Shown here one piece after another: positions 48,271 through 60,834 of a stretch of 64,000 nt of DNA. Positions within the stretch are counted from its first letter, which is position 1. Every line of letters begins with the position of its first letter. The notes beneath the pieces were generated by a model that had not been told where the DNA came from, searched no databases, and saw only the letters and a program-made list of their open reading frames with translations. Source of the stretch: the human T2T-CHM13v2.0 reference genome, Homo sapiens. The stretch lies in the NCBI RefSeq assembly GCF_009914755.1, contig NC_060937.1; one strand, given 5' to 3'. Made by a program: the position numbers and the translations under genes.

Positions 48271-48639
48271 AACATTTAGTTTACCTTCTAAAAACACTAA
48301 GTAATTATTTCCTACTCAATTTAGGAATTAGAGAAATTTCGGTGCTTATTCATCCAACTCTTGCCTAACTAGGCTCTGGTTTGCATTCATTCAAATATAT
48401 ATTAATAGTTTCTGTGTACTAAACATTATTCTAGGAACTAAAATAAGAATACCAAGATCCCTTCCCAAGGGATAGAGACAAAAGAAAAAAAAAACACCTT
48501 GAAAACATCATAAAATTGACAGAGAAAGGAATTTAAATGATGTTGTATTAACAAATGATAAGCAAAGAATATAGATTACTGTGTGAGGTTAAAGAGTAAT
48601 CATTTTAGAATGGGAGTAATGGAGTAATGAAAGGTCTTA

Positions 48640-48957
<318 letters not shown>

Positions 48958-49680
48958 AGATCTGAATAAGAAGAGCCCCAGTATGAGGATCACAGAGAAG
49001 AGTACTCCAGGTAAAGGGAAGAATTTGTGTAAAAGTCCTGAAGCTAGAACAAGCTTAGTTTGTTTCCAGAAAAAGCAAAGGCTAGCATAGCTGGAGTATA
49101 ATCTACTTCCCATATGATTTACCAATTGGCGAAAGGGAACATGGTGTAAATGAGGCAAGAGTGACAAAATGGAACTAGATCATGTGGGGCTTTGTAAGCC
49201 AATATAAGAAGCTTAGATTTTACTCTCATTGAGATAAGAGCTTTGTAAAAATATTTAAGTTTGGGAAAGGAAAGGGGAAGTGGAGGTGACAGGATCCAAG
49301 TAATTTTTTTAAAATATATTTCTCTGGCTGCTATGTGGAATATATATTGTGTATGGGTATATCAATCAAGATCAAGTAATGAAATAGAAATTTCTTCTCT
49401 TCTGCTAGCTTTGGGGATGTATTGCACTTGCTTCTCTAGTTCTCCTAGGTGTGATGTTAGGTTGTTAATTTGAGATCTTTCTAACTTTTGATGAGGGCTT
49501 TTAGTGCTAAAAATTTTCCCCCTAACACTGCCTTAGCTGTGTCCCAGAGACTCTGGTATGTTGTATCTTTGTTCTCATTAGTTTCAAAGTGACTTCCTGA
49601 TTTATTCCTTAATTTCATTATTTACCCAAAAGTCATTTAAGAGCAGGTTGTTTAATTTTCATGTCCTTGGATGATGTTGA

Positions 49681-50052
<372 letters not shown>

Positions 50053-50127
50053 TCTTTTGTTTGTTTAATTTGCCGAGAATTGCTTTATGTCTGATGGTGT
50101 GCTTGATTTCTGGGATGAATGGCTAGC

Positions 50128-50446
50128 AGCCATAAAAAGGAATGAGATCATGTCCTTTGCAGGGACATGGATGAAGCTGAAAGCCATCATCCTCAGCAAA
50201 CTAATACAGGAACAGAAAACCAATCAACACATGTTCTCACTCATAAGTGGGAGTTAAACAATCAGAACATATGGACACACAGAGGGGAACAACACACATC
50301 AGGGCCTGTTGCAGGGTGGGAGGCGGGGGAGGGAACCTAGAGGACGGGTCAGTAGGTGCAGCAAATCACCATGGAACATGTATACCTATGTAACAAACCT
50401 GCACGTTCTGCATATGTATCCCAGAACTTAAAATTAAAAAAAAAAA
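50128..50446 (+). mobile_element. L1PA (L1PA8A-like) 3' end inserted into the older L1
   Basis: gccataaaaaggaatgag...cccagaacttaaa followed by poly(A); degenerate TSD aatggctagc / aattgttaac. Confidence 0.85.
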
Positions 50447-51284
50447 TTGTTAACCATATGCAGAAGATTGAAACTGGATCTCTTCCTTATACCACTCTTC
50501 TTTATACAAAAAAAAAACACTCAAGATGGATTAAAGACTTAAATGTAAAACACCTAAAGCTATAGAAACTCTGGAAGATAACCTAGTAAATACCATTCTG
50601 GACATAGGAACTGGCAAACATTTCATGATGAAGATGGCAAAAGCAGTTGCAACTACAGCAAAAATTGACAAATGGGATCTAATTAAACTAAAGAGCATCT
50701 GCACAGCAAAAGAAACTATCAACAGAGTAAACAGGTAATCTACAGAATGGGAGAAAATATTTGCAAATTATTCATCTGAGAAAGGTCTAACATCCAGAAT
50801 CTATAAGGAATATAAACAAATTCACAAGCAAAAACAAGCAACCCCATTAAAAAGTGGGCAAAAGACACGAACAGAAACTTATCTTAAAAAGACACACATG
50901 CAGCCAACAAGCATATGAAAAAACGCTTATCACTAATCATTAGAGAAATGCAAGTCAAAACCATGATGACATACCATCTCACATCAGTCAAAATGGCTAT
51001 TACTGAAAAGTCAAAAAATAACAGACAGTGAGGTCAGGGAAAGGAAACACTTATACACTGCTGGCAGGAGGCAGGAGTGTAAATTAGTTAAGCCATTGTG
51101 GAAAGCAGTGTGGCAATTCCTCAAAGAACTAAAATCATAACTACCATTTGGCCCAGCAATCCCATTATTGGTCATATGCCCAAAGGAATATAAATTGTTC
51201 TATCATAAAGACACATGTGCACATATGTTCATTGCAGCACTATTCACAATAGCAAAGACATGGAATCAACCTAAGTGCTCTTCA

Positions 51285-51614
<330 letters not shown>

Positions 51615-52532
51615 TTATACACCGTAGAATACTATGCAGTCATAAAAAGAATATGATCATGTCTTTTGCGGCAACTTGGACAAAGCTAGAGGCCATTGCT
51701 GTAAGCAAACTAATGCAGAATAGAAAAACAAATACTACATGTTCTCACTTATAAGTGGGAGCTAAATGATGAGAACTCATGGACACAAAGATGGAAAAAA
51801 CAGACACTGGGGCCTATTTGAGGGTGGGGAGTGGGAAGAGGGAGAAGATCAGAAAAAAGACCTATGGGGTACTATGCTTAGTACCTGGGTGGTAAAATAA
51901 TCTGTATACCAAATCTCCATGACATGAGTTTACCTATATAACAAACCTGTACATGTACCCCTGAACTTTAAATAAAAGTTAAATTTAAAAAAGATATAAC
52001 TTTGCATCTTTTAAACAAAGGAGAATACTAGGAATCAGATATACAATAGAAGATTTAAGAGTTCAAACAGGGTATAATGAAGCAACCTGAGACTCACGAT
52101 AGTAACTAATACTTCTAAGAGGAAGGAAGTAATATGTGAGCAGGGCCGGGAAGCTGGAGTCATCCACTTGGCATTATCTTGGCAAGGGCTTTCTAATAGA
52201 CTTAGGTCTACAGAAGGTGGGAGTGTCTTGCAGGTGCTAGAGCCACAGAAAAAAAATGCAGCTGGTATACAAGACATCACAGGTAGCAGTCTTCCACCAA
52301 TGCCCTTTTTGGCTGAATCTATCTGGAAGGGCAAGAGAGTGTGGGAAATTTAGTTCCTGGCTCAGTTGAACAGAAGATCAGATAACAAAAAGACAGTAGA
52401 CCAACTCAGAGGACAAAAATAAAAGCAAGGAGATAAGGAGACTATTACAGTAGGTCAAATGAAAATTATGGAAACTTGGACTAGGGGAGTAGAGAAGGAA
52501 ATTAAGACAAATCAATGTAGTCAGTACATTTG

Positions 52533-52891
<359 letters not shown>

Positions 52892-54274
52892 TAACAAGAA
52901 AGAAAAATCACAAGCTTAGGAATAACTCCTAGATTTTTAACTTGAGCAACTAGAAGGAGAGTGATGTCATTTACTAGAATGAGAAAGACTAATCACGGGA
53001 GTTCAGGTGTGCAGGAATAAAATTTCTATTTTGGCTTTGTTAAGTTGAAATTGCCAGTTAGACATCTATGTAGACATTTCCAGTAAGTATTGGATATATA
53101 AGTCTGGAACTCTGGGGAACTATCAGGACTCAAAATACAGACTTCAGAGTCATTGGCATGTGTGTTGTACTCAAAAATACAAAACTGGATGAAATTACCA
53201 GGAGAGAATACATAGACAAAAAAAGAATAGGCCCAGGAGCACTCCAATGTTGAATGATGCTAAGCAGTCAAGAAAGAGAAAAACAGAAATGAACACCGCA
53301 TTGGCAACCAAGAGGTCATTTAATGATTTTGAGAGTAATCACCTCAGTTTAGTTGAGGGGACAAAAGTCCAAATAGAGTGAGTTGTGGAGAGAATATAAA
53401 ATGATGTGAAAAAAATTAACTATTTTCAAAAAATTTTGTTCCCAAGGAGAGGAGAGAAACGGGACTGTAGCTATAGAGGATGAGCTTTTCTTTTCTTTCT
53501 CTTTTAAATATAGGATGTTTTAAATGAAAGTCATACAGAAAGGGAACCAAGGGTTCATGTTAGCAAATTGAAAATGGGTGCCCACCTCACCAAAGAAGGT
53601 ATAGTTTCAACTATTCTCATTTGTGACATTCTATAAAAAGGATCCTCCCAGGAGGCTCATGGAAACATTTTATTTGAAAGCTTCTTATCTAAAAGGAAGA
53701 CACTGGGAGGCTATAAACACTTTCTTCTCTATCATGGACAATTTTGCTTGTGAAACTGGCAGGATGCGTGACAACTCAGTTACTCTGCCTACATAAAACT
53801 TACTCCAAAGGAGTTCTAAAATGTAAGATTAAGATCTCTAGTGGATATGAGGGCTATTGGCTCTAAGGCAATGATTTCTTAAATCAACAGAAGACTATTG
53901 AAAGACTTGTCAGAAACCAGAAAAATAATTTCCTCAGTTTCAGAAAGCACATTGCAAAACACTCTCGTCTAGGAAACAGTAATGTGACAAAATAGTTTCT
54001 GTTTTACTCTAGGTAGACAATAAATATAATGGCAGTGTTTTAATACAAGTGCAGGGATTTCTTCTTCCTTTACTGACACAACATAGGCATCATTTGTCAT
54101 CTATGAAGCTGGCTGTTATACTTGTACTGACCTTGGAGTCTTTAACCTATTTGACATAATCTGTATGATATACCCAATCAGAACAAATTTGGCATAAAAA
54201 CGAAACAGCCACATATAATCCATTTCAGGAGTCCATTGAGACTGAAATTTCCAATGAAGAACTTCAATTCATTT

Positions 54275-54440
54275 ATAATCTTGAGATATTGAAGCTATGA
54301 AGGATCTCAAGGATCATCAAGACCAATCTCCTCATCAAACAAACGAGGAAACTGAATCCCAGAAAGAGGAAGTGATTTGACAAGGTTCCATGGCTAGTTA
54401 GAAGCAGAACAGGGTCAAAAACCCAGACCTCCTGACTCCA
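54275..54440 (-). mobile_element. MIR/MIR3
   Basis: gaggaaactgaatcccagaaagaggaagtgatttgacaaggt. Confidence 0.75.
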
Positions 54441-54452
54441 CAGATGGCGCTC
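54437..54452 (+). promoter_or_regulatory. Candidate CTCF site
   Basis: TCCACAGATGGCGCTC; the core AGATGGCGC matches CCASYAGRKGGCRS and the CpG is retained. Motif match only. Confidence 0.3.
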
Positions 54453-55694
54453 ATAACAGTGAGATGGCAATTAATTTAAAAGAGACAGACCATTCTAACA
54501 AATAATAGATTCACAGAAAACCATCTGTATATAAATTATAAGGCATCTCGGTAAGCAAATAGTCAGAGTCCTAATGAAATCAGGATGAGTTTAATGAAAA
54601 TTAAGAAGCCAAGCTAATGAAGATAGGCAGAAATTAGTAAACAAATAATGTATAATTCTTTCCCCCCACTTACTTACATTGTATGAGAGCTACATATAAG
54701 TGCCTCATTTTGTCTAGGTCTTAGAAGATCTGGAAAGGAACCAATCATAAATGCCACAACACAAGAGGGGAACCAGAAGTAAATATAAATTGGCAACCAC
54801 ACTTATTTGAGAAAACTTAGGCAAGAGCCCACACATCAAAAATGATTTTGATAACTAGACGTTCTACAAACAAAAATAATTTAGTCTTCAAAATCTAATG
54901 TTAACAATCTGCTTTTTTCAAATCAGAAAAAAATGTGTGCAAGGCAGCTTGCAATAAGGTTGTCTGTCATTGTTGAGAACACTTAAATTTATATAAGGCT
55001 TGTAGGCAAAATGTTGCCTGGTATCACCATCTTTCTGGATGGTGTTGAAGAATATAGCTACAAAGTCAATGCATTTGCCGCAGTAGAAATCCTATCTAAT
55101 CCCTTTAGATACTGAGAAACAACATTTTTAAATATGAATTTTAGTTCCCAAATTCAAAAATCCAGTGGGATAACGGCTGCAATAAAAGAAATTGAATGTA
55201 TGACCATCTGTATCCAGGCACGAAATGCCACCAGCAGAACTAGCCCACCCACACGTCAGTCTCTTAGTGGCCAGTAACAATGTCCACGACTGAACTGACC
55301 ATGAGGTGAACCACATATATGCCTGAGGGGGCCAACAAAATGATTCCAACATTACCATGATCTATCTGTATGTACTTTAATCTCATAGTAACAACCTACA
55401 AAACCTAATTTCAAGACTTACTATGTAAAGCTACAGTTGTCAAGACAGTGTGGAAGTTGTATATAGACATATAAATAAATGGAACACAATGGAGAATCCC
55501 ACATATATGTGCTCAGTTTGGGTTTGTTTCATTGGTTGTTTTTTTGTTTGTTTGTTCACAAAGGACCAAGGTAATGTAATCGGGGAAAAAATTATTTTTT
55601 CAACAAATAGTACTCGTATCGGTGTGGGATAAAAATGAATTTTGACCTCTACTTCACGTTGTATACAAAAATCAACTCCAAATGGAACATCCAC

Positions 55695-55859
55695 TGATAT
55701 GGCTTGGATTTGTGTTCCTGTCCAAATCTCAGGTTGGAGGCGGGGCCTGGTGGGAGGTGATGGGATCCTGGGGGCAGTTTCCAATGGTTTAGTACCATCC
55801 CCCCCAAGTGCTGTCTCAAGATAGAATTCTCACAAGATCTGGTTGTTTAGAAGTATGTG
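55695..55859 (+). mobile_element. MSTB-like LTR, 5' portion only
   Basis: tgatatggcttggatttgtgt...ggtttagtaccatccc...agatctggttgttt; ends abruptly at the Alu. Confidence 0.8.
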
Positions 55860-56179
<320 letters not shown>

Positions 56180-56727
56180 TCATGAATCTTTATTCATAAT
56201 AGCCAAAAGATGGAGAAATTCAAATGTTCATCAAGATTAAAAAATAAATCATTTGTGTTGTATACTTACGATGGGATACCACTCCACAATTAAAGAGAAA
56301 GAACTATTGATACATGTAACAAGATAACCTCATCTCAAAATAATTATGCTAAGCAAAATAAACTAGAACCAAAAGAGTATACGCTAAAGGATTTTATTTA
56401 TATAAAACTTTATAGTATACAAAACTAACTTATAGTGACAGATAACAAATTAGTGGTTGCCTAAGGCCCAGGAATCAGGAGCTGAAATGCAAAGAAACAT
56501 GAAGAGCTTTTTGGGGTGATGGAAATGTTCACTATCTTTATTGTGGTAGTGGTTACATGGGTTTATACATTTTTTGAAAATGTAAAAGTATAATAGAACC
56601 TTCAAACTGACAAATAAAAACAAAAGAAAAATTTTACCAAGAAAACAAAAGTAAGGAAATGGAGAGGGAAAGTGGATGGTAAATATCAAAGAAGGTATAA
56701 AGTCAAGTATATCACATGATCTGAGTC

Positions 56728-57027
56728 TTTTTTTTGTTTGTTTTTTGAGACAGAGTCTCACTCTACCCAGGCTGGAATGTAGTGGCAAGATTTCCGCTCA
56801 CTGCAAAACCTCCGCCTCCCAGGTTCAAGTAATTCTCCTGCCTCAGCCTCCCGACTAGCTGGGACTACAGGCGCACGCTGCAACACCAGGCCAATTTTTT
56901 GTATTTTAATAGAGACAGGGTTTCACCGTGTTGCCCAGGCTTGTCTCAAACTCCTGAGCTCAGGCAATCTGCCCAACTCAGCCTCCCAAAGTGCTAAGAT
57001 TACAGGCATGAGCCACCACACCCGGCC
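56728..57027 (-). mobile_element. AluS
   Basis: TSD ctgagtc (56721-56727 and 57028-57034). Confidence 0.95.
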
Positions 57028-57587
57028 CTGAGTCATATTTTTAAAGGACATTGTGTCCTCTATTTTGAGAAGAGACTGAAAGGTAGAAGCAAGTTTTCTT
57101 CCAAATGTTCCCTCAGCAAAGAGAAGGAAGTTTCTACAGTTTGGTTTTTTGTGTGGGTTTTCTTTTTCCTGGTAGAAATTGGAAATCTAAACACCATATT
57201 AAAAGGCAAAAGACCAAGAATAACCAAGAAGAGCAAAGTGGAATTATTAATACTTAAAGCTAGATACACAGGTACAGCAACTAAAATGGTGTGTTATTGC
57301 CTGAAGTTTAGACAAGTAGGCCAATACAACCAATTAACAAGTCCAGAGCACTGGGGGAAAGGAGAGTCCTTCAATAAGTGATTCTAGGTCAACCAGATAG
57401 CTAATTGGGAGAAAAAAAAAATGAAACTGGGTCCCTACATAATATTTAAAAAATAAATTTTAGGTAGATTGAAGATTTCAATGAGAAACACCAAAGTTCC
57501 TAGACAAGAATGTTTGCATAATTCTTTGGGACCTTGAAGTAGTTTCAACAGAATGTAAAAAGTTCTGTTGATAATGAAAAAGAATGA

Positions 57588-57895
57588 GGCCGGGCACGGT
57601 GGCTCACACCTGTAATCCCAGCACATTGGGAAGCCGAGGCAGGTAGATCACTTGAGGTCAGGAGTTCGAGACCAGCCTGGCCAACATGGTGAAACCCTGT
57701 CTCTACTAAAAATACAAAAATTAGCTGGGTGTGGTGGCACATGCCTGTAGTCCCAGCTACTTGGGAGGCTGAGGCAGGAGAATCGCTTAAATCAGGAGGC
57801 GGAGGTTGCAGCAAGCAGAGATCATGCCACTGTGCTCCAGCCTGGGTGACAGAGTGAGACTCTGTCTCAAAAAAAAAAAAAAAAAAAAAAAAAAA
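57588..57895 (+). mobile_element. AluSx/Sz-like within an old L1M
   Basis: Dimeric Alu with a long poly(A). Confidence 0.95.
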
Positions 57896-58387
57896 TTAAG
57901 AGACTCATAAGCTAGATTATAGTGAAATCAAGACTCTCTATTGAAATACCTATATTGACAAAAAAGAACAAGAAGCAAGTTACAGAATTGGAGACAGTAT
58001 CTGCAACACTTATAACCAGCAAAAGACTCATACACAGACTACAGAGCTACTATAAATCAATATTGAAGAGACAATACAATAGACTTGAACAGTCATTTCA
58101 CCAAAAAAAAAGATTATAACCTGGCCAAAAAAGTTATGAAAACTGCCCAACCCCAATAGTAAGCAAGGAAAGGCAAGCTAAGATCACAAATCAGTATCAC
58201 TATTAACCCACCAGAATGACAAAAATTAAAAATTATGATTTGTATGTATAATGTCCTTCATAATAAAAATTAAAACTAAATTTAAAAAATAAATTGAGGG
58301 GAATTAGTATCAGAAAATCATTTAAGGAAACAAAAATATTCTAATGAATGCACAAATGTCCAAACAATGCTTATAACAAGTAGAAGC

Positions 58388-58678
58388 GGCCGGGCACAGT
58401 GGCTCACACCTGTAATCCTAGCACTTTGGGAGGCTGAGACAGGTGGATCACGAGGTCAGGAGTTGGAGACCAGCCCGGCCAACATGGTGAAACCCCGTCT
58501 CTACTAAAAATACAAAAATTAGGTGGGCGTGGTGGCGTGCGCCTGTAATCCTAGCTACTCCGGAGGCTGAGGCAAGATAATTGCTTAAACTCAGGAGGCA
58601 AAGGTTGTAGTGAGCTGAGATTGCACCACTGCACTCCAGCATGGGTGACAGAGCAAGACTCCATCTCGGGGGAAAAAA
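58388..58678 (+). mobile_element. AluSg-like
   Basis: TSD aagtagaagc (58378-58387 and 58679-58688). Confidence 0.96.
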
Positions 58679-58817
58679 AAGTAGAAGCTTTTGTCAAAAA
58701 TTCAATTCAACCAATATTAATTTCTTAATTTAATAGAATTTCAATAATGATTCTGTTGTTTTTGAGAAAAATGCATAAAATTATATTAAAGTTGATGAAA
58801 TTTAAAAATTATCTATG

Positions 58818-59310
58818 GAATACTATGCAACCATAAAAAAGAATGAAATTATCATTTCCTGGATGTAGCTGGAGGCCATTATCCTAAGCAAATTAATACA
58901 GGAACCTAAAACCAAATACTGCATGTTCTCACTTATAAGTGGGAGCTAAGCATTGAGTACACATGAACATAAAGATGGGAACAACAGATATTGTGATCTA
59001 CTAGAGGGGGGCTAGAGGGGAGGCAGGCAAGGGCTTAAAAGCTACCTATTGAGTACTATACTAAGTACCTGGGTGATGGGCTCATTTGTACCCTCAGTGT
59101 CACACAATACATCCACGTAACAATCCTGCATATGTATCCTTTGAAATTAAAAATTGACATTTAAAAAAAAAGGGAAATAGTAATATTAAAAAAAAAATAA
59201 CCGTACATCATTTCTTTGGGTCTTCATTGCTTTATGAAGGCTCTCATGTCATGCAAAACTTACATTAAATAAACTTGTGTTCTTTTCTCTTGTTAAAAAA
59301 ATACAAATAA
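58818..59310 (+). mobile_element. L1PB/PA16-like 3' end with a 3'-transduced LTR-like fragment
   Basis: L1 3'UTR, A-tract, ~95 nt of non-L1 sequence containing AATAAA, then a second A-tail. All lie inside a 20-bp TSD (17/20 identical). Confidence 0.75.
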
Positions 59311-60392
59311 AAATTTGAAAAGTGTCTATGATAGAAAATTATGAACAAAGAAAAGTGGTAAGGGAATTGTATACCTTATGAGATATTTGAATTTACTACA
59401 AAGTCACTTTAATCAAAACACTCTGGCACCAACACAAAAATAGACAAGTAGATTTATGGAACAAAATAGAATTCAGAAATAAATTCACAAAAATGGCATT
59501 TTGATTCAGTGGGAAATAACTGGTTTATTAATAAATGATCCTGGCATAGTTGGCTATCTGTATAGAAGAAAACAAGCTAGATCATCTACCTCACACCATA
59601 TGCCGAAATGAATCCCAGATGGATAAAATTTTAAAGCAAAAATATTTTATAAGTTTATAAAAATTAGAAAATTAAGATGTTTTCACAGTCTTGAGGCAGA
59701 GAAAAACTTCCTATGTGAAAAAGAATTGTCTCAAGCCATAAATTTAAAAAGAGACATATTTTGACGTCATAAAATTAAAACACTATATGGCAAATCACTA
59801 TAAACAAAGTCAAAATAAAAATGATTAACTATGAAAACATTTGCATATGACAAAAGATCACTACATCTAGTAAGCAAAAAGAATGCCTCCAATTTGGAAA
59901 AAAAATGAAACAATGAAAGAAAATGGACAAAATGTTTTTTTACAGAAGATAAAATTCAGTTGGTCAATAAATATGAAAAGATGCTTAGCCTCATTAGTAC
60001 ATAGAGACATAAAAATAAAGTAGCATTTTTCACCCATATCAGCAAAAACAAAAAGATTTATGACATTTGGAACTGATGAAGATACAGGAAAATGGGTGCT
60101 CCAATTTTATTTCTGGAACTACAAGTTGCCTAAGCTTCTTATAATAAGCTAACATTAAGAAATCTGGTAATTGTTAACATTCAGAATATACATACCTTTT
60201 GACCAAGCAATTTCACTTCACAAAATCCACCCTATAGAAACAAAAGCACCTGTGTGTAATGGGATGACTATTGCAACATTTTTGCAGAGACAAAAGAAAA
60301 AGAAAAGACCTCTAGAAACAAATGATTATCATTGATACAGAAATAGATAGATTGTGGAGTATCCATTCTACAGATGTAACCCTTGAACAAAC

Positions 60393-60462
60393 GAAAAGAA
60401 AAGAAAGGGACGAGAAAAATAATGGGAAAAGAAAGGAAAAGAAAGGAAAGGAAAGGAAAAGG
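60393..60462. repeat. (GAAAA/GGAAA)n purine repeat
   Basis: Direct reading. Confidence 0.85.
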
Positions 60463-60792
60463 ACTTAGATCAATATCTAGTCTTCTGCAAAATGTCTAAG
60501 ATGTATTGCTAATCTGCCCATGAATGGGTATACTACAATAAAATTTTTGTAAAAGAGCAAACAATACCGCTATATGTATATCTGTTTGCTTGCATAAGCA
60601 CTGAGAAAGTCATAGAAGTTTTAACATCCAATATGCATATTAGTTTGGAACAACTTGGAATAGAGGAATGAGGAAAAATTATCTTTTAAGTACATCTCTT
60701 TGCATTGTTTTACCAATTACAATGAGCACATATTTCTTAATTATTGTACTAAAGTACTTTTTATAGAATGCTTGATTGAAAATATACTTCTC

Positions 60793-60834
60793 ATCTATGG
60801 CTGTTCCACCCTTAACACACCTGATCTCATCTGA
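60793..60834 (+). pseudogene. 3'-truncated 5S rRNA pseudogene (nt 1-42)
   Basis: atctatggctgttccacccttaacacacctgatctcatctga vs 5S GTCTACGGCCATACCACCCTGAACGCGCCCGATCTCGTCTGA: 32/42 ungapped, and 5 of the 10 mismatches are CpG transitions. Confidence 0.75.

Larger units (their letters stand above)
58700..60760 (+). mobile_element. Ancient L1M (L1ME-like) ORF2 3' part and 3'UTR
   Basis: Degenerate ORF2 motifs (tactacaaagtc, atggaacaaaataga, cctcacaccatat, atgaaaagatgct). Confidence 0.7.

Noticed and set aside
55128-55400. GHCYW and DVWVG peptides resembling a C-type lectin domain (minus strand)
   Set aside because: The motifs are in different frames, too close together, and surrounded by stops.
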